From Rhynchobatus australiae (taxonomy: Eukaryota): a DNA stretch of 64,000 nucleotides. The stretch is from assembly GCA_034780895.1 (NCBI GenBank), contig JAUZTB010000048.1, positions 36,912,205 to 36,976,204 of the forward strand, written 5' to 3'. The translations under genes were made by a program, and so were the position numbers. Shown piece after piece: positions 1 through 11,660 of the stretch. The notes beneath the pieces were generated by a model. The model made no database searches. It was given only the letters and a program-made list of their open reading frames with translations, and had not been told where the DNA came from. The stretch's first letter is position 1, and the number at the start of each line of letters is the position of its first letter.

Positions 1-616
1 ATCTTCTGTTGATGTAAGCACGCCACACACACACACTATCTAAAAGGGACACTCACTAATAGTCCTAGTCCGTAACATTTTACAAGATCATACTACAGAT
101 AAAGTTCCAATTACTATTGATGATTTTAAAAAGGACAATGCTGCTGGCCCAGATGGCTTGTCTCTAGATTTGCAAAAAGGACATCATAGTGTTAACTAGA
201 ATTTATTCTTCTTGGGCTCGCTGTGGCAAAAATTCCAGCTGGCATCAAGAACAGTTGCCTGCAGCAGCCGGGAAGTCTATTCCACCGGTCCCCCAAACAC
301 TCGTTCGTATGTATGGGCAGTATGTAAGTCAGGTATTTGTAAGCTGGGGAAAACCTGTATAACGCTGCCCTCAGCATATTACCAGGGTTGATTTACGTTT
401 GGAGTAACAGAGGCTTGCAAACTTCTTGGTTCATTTCTTTAACTACTCTGAGGAACCCAGCACAGTGATACTGGAGGTTGCTCATTTGGCCCTTGTCAGC
501 TGTGGCTTGGTCGGTCGCACACTCCAGTTCTTTCCAAGCTCGTTCCACTCCAGAAGCACAAGTACAAAATCCATGCGGACACTCCAGTGTAATATCGAGA
601 GAGTGCTAGACTGGTA

Positions 617-1070
617 GAGATGCCATCTTCCAAATGAAACATCAGCACAACCACTCTCTCAGGCAGATGTAAATAACACCTTGAACATTTTGAAGGTTTT
701 ATAGGAGCTATCACCTTGTCCTCCCCAACATCTATCCATCAATATCACTAAAATAATTTACTTGATCATTTTATCATTGCTATTAAACTAAGCATAACTA
801 AAGAAATTTGGTACGTCCCCTTTGAAGTTCACCAATTCTTTTCAAAGCACCATAGAAAGCATCTAATCCAGATGCATCACGGCGTGGTATGGCAACTGCT
901 CTGCCTGAGACCGCAAGAAACTGTCGAGGCAGTGATAAGTGTGGACAGAGTCCATGGAAGGGAGGCTGGTTTATTATTGGTCCAAAAGCACTTTATTAGC
1001 TGCACTTTGGCACTTTGGAATATCATGAGCTTGTGAAAGACAGGTGCTATGTAAATGCAAGTCTCTTCCT
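617..1070 (+). mobile_element. Deu-domain SINE (SacSINE1/AmnSINE-like), split by a Rex/Babar fragment
   Basis: 617-785 matches the Deu core (ctctcagg...atcactaaaa...gatcatt...cattgct). 980-1070 matches the tail (gtgaaag...tgctatgtaaatgcaagtct). Confidence 0.6.
798..945 (+). mobile_element. Rex/Babar LINE ORF fragment
   Basis: Translates LKKFG...TIESI*SRCITAWYGNCSA*DRKKL, the Rex1 post-RT motif, with stops. Confidence 0.75.
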
Positions 1071-2192
1071 TGGTCATGTGCCAAAGCAACTGCCTGCATC
1101 ACGTGGATGTGGTTTGGCGCAGGGAAGGAACTCAACACCAGGGAATGAAGAAACAGTGTCACTGGAAATAAACAGAAGTCCTGAAGTGAGTGATGAGCTT
1201 GAAGTCAAAGTACTGCCATAAGGCTCTTTGAAACTCTAAAAAGGGACAGAAATGCATATTCCTTTAGCCAATGCACTTCGGTGTGGTTGAGTGAGTCCTC
1301 TAAAACATGCAACAAGGGTCTAAGAGAGCAGGGTGGTAAACATGCACTGCTGGGTGTGAGTAATAAACATAGAAAACATCAAAAACAGACAACCTTCAAA
1401 GAAATGGTATGTCGGTGAAACTCCAGGAGAAACCAACTACCTGCTACCAACACCTCTTGTTGCCATGGAGATAGAGTCCTTACAACATGCATGCTGAGAT
1501 TTGCATAGCTTTCCATAATCAACTGCTCAGTCCACGAGACCACAGATTAGGTGTGATCACCTTAAAGGTGTAGGCCCTCCCAGCCACATCGTCGAGAAAA
1601 TCTCAACCAAAAAGACTGCTTTAATCTTACTTTTCTTTTCAACCTTAAAATATTCAAATCAAATGAAATAAGTCCTCGCTTGCTCAATGTCGACTGTCAG
1701 CAATCAACAACCAAAAAACGGATCATCTTTTTAAGATACTAGAAAAAAAATGGTGTGGTTGCAAAATATATTCCCCAGCTAATTATTATAGCTGCAAGAA
1801 ACATGGTCTATTTTATAATTCTTCCTCTTTATCTCAAGGGCACTAACTCCTTGACAGGGGTTCTCATGGGGCACAACATTCAGAGACTTCTCGTTCTGCA
1901 CAGCATGATCCCATTTCTCATCAACACAGATGGAGGATGCAAATTATTCTCTTGCTCCTTGTTATGCTGAATAGTGTAGAGTTAATATGATTCAAAATTC
2001 ACACAAATGGAGTTAAAGGTGAAACAGAATACAAATGCTTGTGAAGCTTGGCTCTGAAATGCGAACGTTATCACTACAGCAACTTGCATATCGCATCTTG
2101 TTCTTTAACAAGGTACATTACAACCTTCCGGGCTCAATATTAAATTTAATAATTTCTGTTAATGATCCTGCCATTGACATTTACACCATCCT

Positions 2193-2460
2193 TTAGAACA
2201 CAGAACAGTACAGCACAAGAACAGACCCCTCGGCGCACAACGTTGTGCCAAACTAATTAAAGGCCTAACTAAGCAAATCCCCTTCTGTCTACACAATGTC
2301 CGTACCCCTCCATTCTCTCCGTATTTAACAACTTCTATCGTATTTCCCTCCCTAGCAATGCATTCCAGGCACCCACCACCCTCTGTGCAAAAAAATTTGT
2401 CCTGCACATCTCCTTTGAACTCTCCCCATCTCACCGTAAATGCATGCCCTCTAGTATTTG
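2193..2460 (-). mobile_element. CR1 LINE 3' end
   Basis: ORF 2159-2488 contains TRGHAFTVRWGEFKGDVQDKFF; CR1 tail present. Confidence 0.75.
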
Positions 2461-2479
2461 TTTCTTTGCTTGTCCCATT

Positions 2480-2700
2480 ATCACGCACTTCTGCTTTGCA
2501 CCATCTTCCCTTTGGTCATGCAAACTCTCCCACCTTCCACAATATCACAGAACCTCCTTTCTTCCCCTGCAGTTTAAAAGTTGCATCCTCCCCAATTATT
2601 ACAGGTTCTGACCCAAAATGTTAACTGCTTCACTTGTAAAAATGCTGCTGGTCTGCTGAGTTTCTCCAGACTTTTCTTGTTTTTCTTTCAGACTTACTGC
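2480..2700 (+). mobile_element. Penelope pseudo-LTR remnant
   Basis: Contains gttctgacccaaaatgttaactg...atgctgctggtctgctgagtttctccag; the hammerhead core is deleted. Confidence 0.45.
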
Positions 2701-3076
2701 TTCCACTATATTTTCCTTCTGAATTTGTACATACAGGCANNNNNNNNNNNNNNNNNNNNNNNNNNNNNNNNNNNNNNNNNNNNNNNNNNNNNNNNNNNNN
2801 NNNNNNNNNNNNNNNNNNNNNNNNNNNNNNNNNNNNNNNNNNNNNNNNNNNNNNNNNNNNNNNNNNNNNNNNNNNNNNNNNNNNNNNNNNNNNNNNNNNN
2901 NNNNNNNNNNNNNNNNNNNNNNNNNNNNNNNNNNNNNNNNNNNNNNNNNNNNNNNNNNNNNNNNNNNNNNNNNNNNNNNNNNNNNNNNNNNNNNNNNNNN
3001 NNNNNNNNNNNNNNNNNNNNNNNNNNNNNNNNNNNNNNNNNNNNNNNNNNNNNNNNNNNNNNNNNNNNNNNNNNNN

Positions 3077-3338
3077 TGAACTGATCTCTATGAACGGTAT
3101 GCAAGACAAGTTTTTCCACTGTACCTCAGTACATGTGACAATAATAAACCAATGAGAGAATGCAGAATAAAGTGTTACAGTTGCAAAGAAAGTGCAGTGC
3201 AGGCAGACAGACAATAAGGTGCAATGTTATAACGAGGTAGATTGTAAGGTCAAGAGTCCATTTTAGCGTAGTTGGGGACCGTCTTATAACAGTGGAATAG
3301 AAGCTGTCCTTGAGCCTGGTCGTACGTGCTGTCAGGCT
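3077..3338. mobile_element. Two Rex/Babar 3' fragments in opposite orientation
   Basis: A plus-strand tail (atgcaagacaag...gtgacaataataaaccaat, 3077-3152) is followed by a minus-strand fragment similar to 9550-9725. Confidence 0.65.
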
Positions 3339-4236
3339 AATGTTAATAAAAAAAAAGTCCAAAAAAGCTTTGGAGACTCTGCCAAAGAAAATATTAAATA
3401 AAAATTCTTAAAACACACGTCATAAAGGAAATACAAGAAACAGAGAGGTTTAGGGAGGAATTCCACAGAACGGAGCTGAACCGGGTGGAAGTTTGATCAA
3501 AAGAGCTGATAAAAGGGTACAGTGTAGAGCTCAATGATCAGACAATGGGAGAGAAACCAGAGGATGTTACAAGGGAGTCGCAAATTAATGAAAATTATAA
3601 TTCGAGGCAGTGGGGCACAGGAAGAGTATGGCAATAATAATGGACTCAGCACGATGTAAGACTTAAGGATTAAAGACTTGGAAGACATGAGATTCAATTC
3701 CTGGCATCTCACATTGCACTTTGTGGTGATAGAGGCACTATAGTAGATTTCAGTGGAGGGGATTACTGTTCAACTTCATGTTTGAAGCACATTTATAACT
3801 GCCAGGCAAGGATACGATCTGCTTTGGGTATGATGTCCCAAGAGTCAAATACCATGCCAGCACTCCTGTTGTCCTTACCTTTAATACAGGAGAGCACTGA
3901 AAACAAATTGAACCATTTCTACGGGCAAAGGATCACACGCATGGACAAATTTTACAAAATAATCACATTATTCTGCTTAATTCATTGGTTCCAGTTCCAA
4001 TTATTTTATCAGATTTGCTAAATTCACCTGCCACTTGTCCCTGAAGGGCAGATGAACAGATGGCCGGTTAATCCAGAACAAGCAACCCCAAATTTTTCAC
4101 ACTGTGATGCCAGTTCCTCGTATCACAAATCTTGCTCAAGTTAGGAGTGAGATCCTTTTTTGAAATATGGTTTCAGTAGGCAGGAACCAGATTTAAGATG
4201 ACTGGCATAGAAATGATGGGCGCCTTGAGCAGAAAG

Positions 4237-4321
4237 AAATGCGACTCAGCAAAAGATGGATTCAGCATCTTTTGCTGAGTAGCATTTTTGCTACTCAGCA
4301 AAAATCCACTCAGGTGGATTT
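4237..4321. repeat. Chained inverted repeats (A / A-rc / A) plus an 8-bp hairpin
   Basis: 4237-4258 vs 4266-4287 pair at 21/22; 4270-4284 vs 4289-4303 at 15/15; 4302-4309 vs 4314-4321 at 8/8. Confidence 0.9.
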
Positions 4322-4748
4322 CGTGCCTGGAAGGTTGCTTGAATCCGATTGAGCAATAATCAAGAAAATATCTGGTTAACTACCCAACATGGCTAAGAAT
4401 TACAGGATTTGGGGAAAAGAGTGGAGAATGCAATTAATTACACACCTCTGAAGAGCCAGCACAAGAGGATCCAAATGGCCTCATTCTATAATGGGTCTAT
4501 TGTGTGGCCATGGTTGAAGATTTGGACTCCTGTACACCTTCTGTATACTGAGCTCTTTGAAGGCCATGTGATAAGTGGTTACCAGTATGATGCCGTGAAG
4601 ACGTGGATGGGACTCAAAAGGAGCTAATTTTACTGTCTTTTACATGACTTATTTCAAAATTGGCCTATGGATCAAACGGAAACGCATGGTTATTACAAGT
4701 CTGATCAGGTCCCAGTCTAGCTTCATTTACTTCCGAAACAAAAACCGA

Positions 4749-4907
4749 AAATGCTGGACACACTCAGAAAGTAAGGCGTCATCTGTGGAAAATGAGAAAG
4801 GGCTAACATTTCAGGTCCGAGACCCTTCGGCAGAACTGACCTGCAATGTTAACTCTCGTTTCTCTTTCCACAGATGCTGTCTGCGCTGCTGAGCATTCCC
4901 AGCATTT
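4749..4907. mobile_element. Palindromic Penelope pseudo-LTR-derived element with a degenerate hammerhead on the minus strand (4837-4801)
   Basis: Arms 4749-4817 and 4838-4907 are imperfect reverse complements. The minus strand reads AGTT-CTGCCGA-AGGGTC-TCG-GACCT-GAAA-TGTT. The right arm resumes at about 5481 after a CR1 insertion. Confidence 0.65.
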
Positions 4908-4911
4908 GGCA

Positions 4912-5478
4912 TCGAATAGCACAGCACAGGAACAGGCCCTTCAGCCCAGTGTGTGCTGGCCGTGATGCCAATCAAAATTAATCCCAGCTGCTCGCACATC
5001 CCTCCATTCCCCATCTGTTCGCGTGCCTGTCTAAATGCCTTTTAAAATGTTGGATCTGCTTCCACCACTTCCCCCGGCAGCACAAAGCAACTTGCCTCGC
5101 AAATCTCCCTTTCGGCCTAAAGCTANNNNNNNNNNNNNNNNNNNNNNNNNNNNNNNNNNNNNNNNNNNNNNNNNNNNNNNNNNNNNNNNNNNNNNNNNNN
5201 NNNNNNNNNNNNNNNNNNNNNNNNNCTAAAGCTATGCCCTCAAGTATTTGACATTCCCACTCTGAGGAAAAAGACTCAAACTATCCACCCTATCCAAGTC
5301 TCTCATAATTTTATATACTTCTATCAGGTTGCCCCTCAGCTTCCTACACTCCAGAAAAAACAGTCCAAGTTCATCCAACCTCTCCTTATAATGCTCTCTA
5401 ATCCAGGAAACATCCCGGTGAACCTCTTCTGCACCCTCTCCAAAGCCTCCACATCCTTCCTGTGATGCAGCCACCAGA
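4912..5478 (-). mobile_element. CR1 LINE 3' fragment
   Basis: ORF 5232-5474 YKERLDELGLFFLECRKLRGNLIEVYKIM; tail at about 4912; spans a gap. Confidence 0.8.
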
Positions 5479-6269
5479 CTGTCTTTGTTTCAGATTTCCA
5501 GCATCTGCAGCTTTTCTAATTTTCATCTTACTTCCTGTTACACTGCAGTTCTTTTACAGGTACCATAAACGTCATGGAAAAGAAAATATGTAGCTTCAGT
5601 AGTCATCAATATCTACATTTTGGAGATTTGTGAGTGTGCATTGGAATTTGGCAACTCTTTTTTTAAACTAATCAAGTGGAGTACCTGGGAATTTTAAGGG
5701 TCTACAAAAACAAAGACAAACATATTATCCATTGTCGGTGCCTAAGTTCCACATCTCTGACACTTGCCTTTGTCCCACATCTCTTCACCTCAACCACCAT
5801 TTCTGTAGAGAAGTTCCTCTAAATTTTGCTATTGAATCTAGTGGTAACTTCTATTTAAGGCCCAGAGTTTTGGTCGCCGGCACAAGGGAGAACGTTGTAT
5901 CAACCTCTTCCCTCACAAACCCTTCACTATTGTAAAGGCCTCCATCTGTTCATCCTGTTTGAGAAAGTCCCAGCTTGTTCAGGCTTTCCTAATGAGTAGA
6001 TCTTCTCAGTTCGATCGTCAGAGAATCTGTACCCTCAGGGGAAGTAAAATTAACATAAGGAGATTCAGGCAACCCTTCCAATTGCGAGCCCATAACTCCA
6101 TGTGCCCTAGTTGTTTATATTCCAAAATTAGCTCTGGAATCTGGAACATTACCACTGCAATAGCCATTGACAGGAATCACTAATATTGCTTTGCCAAAAA
6201 AAATAAGGAAACCTGATTTTTAACTGATTATGTAACTGCTCTCAGACTGCAAGAGAAAGTAATAACTGG

Positions 6270-6772
6270 AAAGATGTGGAGGCTTTGGTGAGGGCGCAGA
6301 AAAGGTTTACCAGGATGCTGCCTGGATCAGAGGGTACGAGCTACAAGGAGAAGTTGGACAAACTTGGGTTGTTTCCTCTGGTGCGTGGCAGACAGAGGGG
6401 AGACCCGAAAGAAGTTCATGAAGTTGTGAGAGACCTAGATAGGGTAGACAGTCAGAAATTTTTTTCCCCCACCAGAGTTGAAATGTTAACTACTAGAGGA
6501 TACGCATTTAAGGTGAGAGGGGAAAAGTTCAAAAAATGACGTGCAGGGCAAGTTTTCAGAGAGTGGTAGGAGCCTGCAAATGGCTGCCGGGGCAGTGGTG
6601 GAAGCAGATATGATAGTGACATCTAAGAGGCTTTTAGACAGACACATGAATCTACAGGGAATGGAGGGATGTGGATCATGTGCAGGCAGAAGATATTTAG
6701 TTTAATTTGGCATCATGTTCAGTGAAGACATCATGGGCCGAAAGGCCTTTTCCTGTGCTGTACTGTTCTATG
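6270..6772 (+). mobile_element. CR1 LINE 3' fragment
   Basis: ORF EALVRAQKRFTRMLPG...SYKEKLDKLGLF...TRGYAFKVRG, plus tail gggccgaaaggcc...ctgtgctgtactgttcta. Confidence 0.85.
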
Positions 6773-8439
6773 AGAAATCAGTGCATCAGGACTTGCTGAT
6801 TAATTGGCATGGAAGTGAGTGCTGGAATTATTAACTATGGAGGAAACACTGTTTTCCATGCAATGGCAAGTTCTTTCCCAACAAGCGAGGGGGTAGTACA
6901 AACCCAAATGGAGCCATGAGCAAGAAGCAAGAAGATCCATATGGGGAGGAGGATGGTGCATCTGTAGCTGTGAAGACAATGCAGTGCGAGAGTGGGAACT
7001 TTTTAGGTTGGAAAGCCAATTTCTTTTTTAAACTTGCACATGTAAAAATTTTTTCAACCTATATATACTAACTTTCAACCTGGAAAATCCAGAGGAAAAC
7101 ACAGCCACGTCACATGATTATTACCAATGTGGCAGTATGTATACACTGAATGAGAAGATGGCATTATGTGAAGATGAAAGCAGGTAATGTATTGTGGAGG
7201 CTTAAACCGGGCAATGCCATTTTGCACAGAATCATAGAATATTCTTAAAAGTTTTGAGCCACATTCTGCACAGCTAGTCCTTCGGATATTTTAAATCTTT
7301 TAATGGATATCTGTTGCTGTCCTTGCACTTATAAAAAGAACAGGATAATTTAGTTAATCCCTCAAAAGCCTCAATTGGTGAAAATTGCCTTCACAATTAA
7401 TTTAATTTGATGCATGGTTTATTTTGTAGGCTGGGCTTGCTCTTGATATACTTTCAATCAACACAAAAGATCTTAGAAACTGGGAATGTATTTGAATTAC
7501 TGCAATTTTTCTCCGCTGGTTTGGGTGATTTTGTTCTGGAAATACCCATGCACTCAACCCAGGATCCTTAAGCAATTTGCACATATAGATAAACATTTGA
7601 AAGAACACATGTGATTACTATTTGCAATTCATTTTGTTTCAAATGTAAACATCTGTACTGATTTCAGTATGCTGTCCTATTCTGGTTTAATTTCTTCCAT
7701 CAGTATCTGTAGTTCAATTGCATTGATGCATTAATTGTATTTTGGAAGAATTTTATTTAACCAATATAAATAAACCAAGCCAGCATCAAAGTAGCTAAGT
7801 GACTTTTTATAAAAATGTAGAAAGCATATGGTATATGATTTAATCTGACAGGTTATTAAAATTTACTTCCATTAATCATTTATATAATGGCTCTTTTGTA
7901 CGCATTAATTATAGAACATGCATTTTGCAAAGTTCAGTTTGTTCTTATTTTTAACATCACTGCAATGGGGTAAATTAATTTGTTTTTCCCATTTTATATA
8001 TAAAATTTGCTCTACTTTTAGGCCAGTTTGAGGCTGCAAANNNNNNNNNNNNNNNNNNNNNNNNNNNNNNNNNNNNNNNNNNNNNNNNNNNNNNNNNNNN
8101 NNNNNNNNNNNNNNNNNNNNNNNNNNNNNNNNNNNNNNNNTTCATATCAGTATGCACCAATAATCGACATTTTTATATTTATCCCAAGAAACTGGGAAAA
8201 GCAACCCTCAAACAGACCACTAAATCACTGTTTGATTTTGGTATTGTATCTATGAGGCAACATTCCCTGCTGAAAACCAAAGAGAAAAAAGGGTGATAGT
8301 TTCAAGATTATTTATCTATTAAATCCCAGGGGAAAAATTGGGCTGTGGTGGGGAATTTTCATTTAGGAGGATGAAGCACTTCACAGCCAACGAGGACTGT
8401 ATGGAATGCACTCCCTGTTTTAATCTAGGAAATTTGACA

Positions 8440-8770
8440 ACCAACTAACACACAGCAAGCTCCTATAAACAGTAATGTGGTAATGACCAGAGCTGCTGTT
8501 TTGAGTGACGCAAGTTAAGGGATTAATATTGGGCCAAGGGACTGGGATAATTCCCCTGTTTTTCTTAAAAGCAGCATCATGGGATTACTTACATCCACCT
8601 GAGTCTATAGTGGCCTTTCTTAAAGATGGCACCTTTGGCAGTACAGAACTTTGCCCATAATGAACTGGACTGCCCACTCAGATTGTTGTTCTCAAGTTCT
8701 GGGCTGGGTTTGGACCCACAACCTTCTGACTCAGAAACCCAAATACCAGCTTCTGAGCCACCAGCTGACC
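8440..8770 (-). mobile_element. Deu-domain SINE with tRNA-derived head
   Basis: The minus strand begins gtcagctggtggctcag...ctgagtcagaaggttgtgggtccaaac and continues into the Deu core (tttataggagcttgctgtgtg). Confidence 0.7.
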
Positions 8771-9414
8771 CTGAACCTAGGACAGCCAGAGGTCTCCTTG
8801 AGTCATGGTTGGAACTAAAACACCTGCTGCAGATGGCGTGCTTTCAATATTTTGTGTACTCAAAGACCCAGGTTTAAGGTCATATGGGATTGACTGTAAT
8901 CACTTCATCTTTGTTCAGATAAGCACCTGTCCTTAACCATAGCACAATAAGTGATTGTACAATTCTAGCAGTGCAACCCAAACGTGGGTGGTTTTTAAAA
9001 GGGGGAATCATAATTCACAAAATGCCTAGTGGTCACCTTGCGTCATTAGGATTTACACTGAAAACCTGATGAAAGACGGCCAAGGAACAGCCATATGGTG
9101 ACAACATCCTCCTGATCACAAGATAAATAACAATGAAGGAGGCTATTTGATCCATCTAAGCCAACCCACATAGCAGGAAAACACAAGCGTCTCTTCCAAT
9201 AGAACTTTGTCAAATACATTTTAGAAATTTCCTTTAAGGATTACCACAGTCCATTTGAGACACCACTCACGCAAAAAAAAAGTCAAAGAACTGACCACCC
9301 CCAATGGAATCTGAGTAGACTGATATTTATTTCATAATTATTGTACAAGTAATTTTCAGCTTTATTTCTGACAATCAATGATTGGTTTACTTCACAATTA
9401 ATGTTAAAATTCAA

Positions 9415-9845
9415 CACGTCACTGAAACCAGCCTCCCCTCTACACTTCTCGCTGCCTCGGTAAAGCAGCTAACATAATCAAAGACCCCACCCACCCCAGA
9501 CATTCTCTCTTCTCCCCCCTCCCATTAGGCAGAAGATACAAAAGGCTGAAGGCATGTTCCACCAGGCTCAAGGACAGCTTCTATCCCACTGTTATAAGAC
9601 TACAACGGGCCCCTAGTAGATAAGATAGACTCTTGACCTCACAGTCGACCTCGTTATGACCTTGTACCTTATTGTCTGCCTGCACTGCACTTTCTCTATG
9701 TCTGTAACACTTTAATCTGCATTCTGTATCGTTTTACCTTGTACTACCTCAACGCACAGTGTAATGAACTGATCGGTATGAATGGCATGCAAGACAAGTT
9801 TTTCACTCTACCTCAGTACAAGTGACAATAATAAACCAATTCCAA
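9415..9845 (+). mobile_element. Rex/Babar LINE 3' end
   Basis: IIKDPTHP...LPLGRRYK...TRLKDSFYP motif and tail ...gtgacaataataaaccaat. Confidence 0.8.
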
Positions 9846-9852
9846 AGCAATA

Positions 9853-10305
9853 GAAACATAGAAAAACTACAGCACAATTCAGGCCCTTCGGCCCACAAAG
9901 CTGTGCCGAACATGTCCCTACCCTAGACATTACTACGCTTACCCATAGCCCTCTATTTTACTCAGCTCCATGTACCTATCCAACAGCCTCTTGAAAGACC
10001 AGTGCGCAAGAAGGAAATCAGGAGGGCAAAAAGTGGGTATGTGACAGCTTTGGCAGAGAAGCTTAAGGAGACTCCAAAGAGATTTTAAAAGTATATTAAA
10101 GGAAAAAGAGTAACTAGAGAGAAAATAGGGCCCCTCAAAGTGGACATCTCTGTGTGGAGCCACAGGAGATGGCCGAGGTCCTCAATGAGTATTTCTCCTG
10201 TTTTTACCATGGAGAAAGACATGAGGACTTCAGACCTTGAGATAGTAAATGGGGAGGTCTTGGGCATAGTCCTCATTACAGCAGAGGAGGTATTGGATGT
10301 CTGGA
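9853..10305. mobile_element. CR1 fragments: minus-strand tail (9853-10000) joined to a plus-strand internal ORF2 piece
   Basis: The minus part reads FKRLLDRYMELSKIEGYG. The plus part contains a motif resembling [17 protein letters not shown]. Confidence 0.65.
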
Positions 10306-11015
10306 CTGGCAATCCAGAACCCTACAAGAAGTCCAGGTATGACCTGTGGAAGGCGATTGTGTTCTACTGTCATGAAGTGCTTTGGTCATGCCTGAGCAAG
10401 GAACTGGACCTGCTGCAATTTTTCTATCAGCACTACAAGTCTACAGAGGATGCAATCTCACCAGCATTCCACTTGGCTTTGGAGCACCTAGACAATAGCA
10501 AAACATATGCCAGGCTGCTGTTTATCAATTACAGCTCAGCGTTCAACACCATCATCCCCTGGTACTAATCAACAAGCTTCAAAACCTGAGCATCTGTACG
10601 ACCCTCGCAAATGAATCCTCGACTTCCTTATTGACCACAGTCAGTGAGGATCAAGAGTAATGTCTCCTCCTCGCTAACAATCAACACTGGTGCACCTCAA
10701 GGATGCGTGCTCAGCCCACTGCTCTACTCTCTCTACACTCATGACTGTGTGGCTAGACACAGCTCAAACGCCATCTATAAATTCACTGATGACACCACTG
10801 TTGTTGGCAGAATCTCAGATGGCAATGAGGAGCCATACAGGAGTGAGATAGATTGGCTGGTTGAGTGGTGTCGCAACAACAACCTCACACTCAACGTCAG
10901 CAAGACCAAGGAACTGATTGTGGACTTCAGGGAGAGGAGGTTGGGAGAACACACACCAGTCCTCATTGAGGGGTCAGCGGTGGAAAGGGTGAGCAGCTTC
11001 AAGTTCCTGGGTGTC
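10306..11015 (+). mobile_element. Rex/Babar LINE reverse transcriptase fragment (disrupted)
   Basis: STEDAI...HLD...[18 protein letters not shown] and NTGAPQGCVLSPLLYSLYTHDC...KFTDDTTVVG...LNVSKTKELIVDFR. Confidence 0.9.
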
Positions 11016-11449
11016 ANNNNNNNNNNNNNNNNNNNNNNNNNNNNNNNNNNNNNNNNNNNNNNNNNNNNNNNNNNNNNNNNNNNNNNNNNNNNNNNNNNNN
11101 NNNNNNNNNNNNNNNNCCCATTCCACACACTCACTACCAAACTCACTACATTAGCACTCACTAATAGGTGAAACTGAGTTTGCGATTGGTAAGGGGGTTA
11201 AGGGTTATGGTGAGAAAGTGGGAGAATGGGGTTAAAAATTAGCCATGATTGAATGGCGGAGCAGACTCAATGGGCTGAATGGCCTAATTCTGCTCCTATA
11301 TCTTATGGTCTTGCTGCCCAAGTCAGTACTACAACAACTCTGGAAACAGGCATGGGTTGGCCCACGCCTAAACCACAGGGAATTCCCCAATATTCAGATC
11401 CCCCTTAAACATAATCCATGCTTCATACATTTCCTGTCAGCAGGAGCCA

Positions 11450-11660
11450 GCTTGTATCTGAATAGCATATTTCATCCCCATGGTAAATTCCAAAACGCTT
11501 CTCAAGAGTAGTCACTGTCATTATGTGGGTAAATATGGAGCCTAATTTGACATTCACCAAACAACGTGAGCAATGCTCTTGTTTTTTTTTCTTGGTAGCT
11601 TTAGTTGAGCGAGGAATGTTGGCCAGGATAATTTTCCTTTATTAGGCCACCTGAGTGAAG
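11450..11660 (-). mobile_element. Degenerate Deu-domain SINE
   Basis: gtagtcactgtcattatgtgggtaaat...gttgagcgaggaatgttggccagga...ccacctgag is the reverse complement of the Deu core. Confidence 0.5.

Noticed and set aside
100-200. DNAAGPDGL, resembling the LINE GPDG motif
   Set aside because: Too short and isolated to call.
1000-1221. ORF 1015-1221 with apparent acceptor and donor sites
   Set aside because: Its 5' part is a Deu-SINE tail, and it has no LIM or other protein motif.
5560-5629. 70-nt exon-like segment (ttttacag|...|gtgagt; TINVMEKKICSFSSHQYLHFGD) as a LIMD1 exon
   Set aside because: It lacks the LIM Cys/His pattern and any similarity to LIMD1; probably chance splice sites.
7090-7183. 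Cys-containing segment ending at a donor-like site (HDYYQCGSMY...LCEDES)
   Set aside because: The spacing does not fit a LIM domain and the acceptor is weak.
11125-11165. Three spaced ACTCACTA repeats
   Set aside because: Too short and irregular for a CRISPR-like array; low-complexity sequence at a gap edge in a vertebrate.
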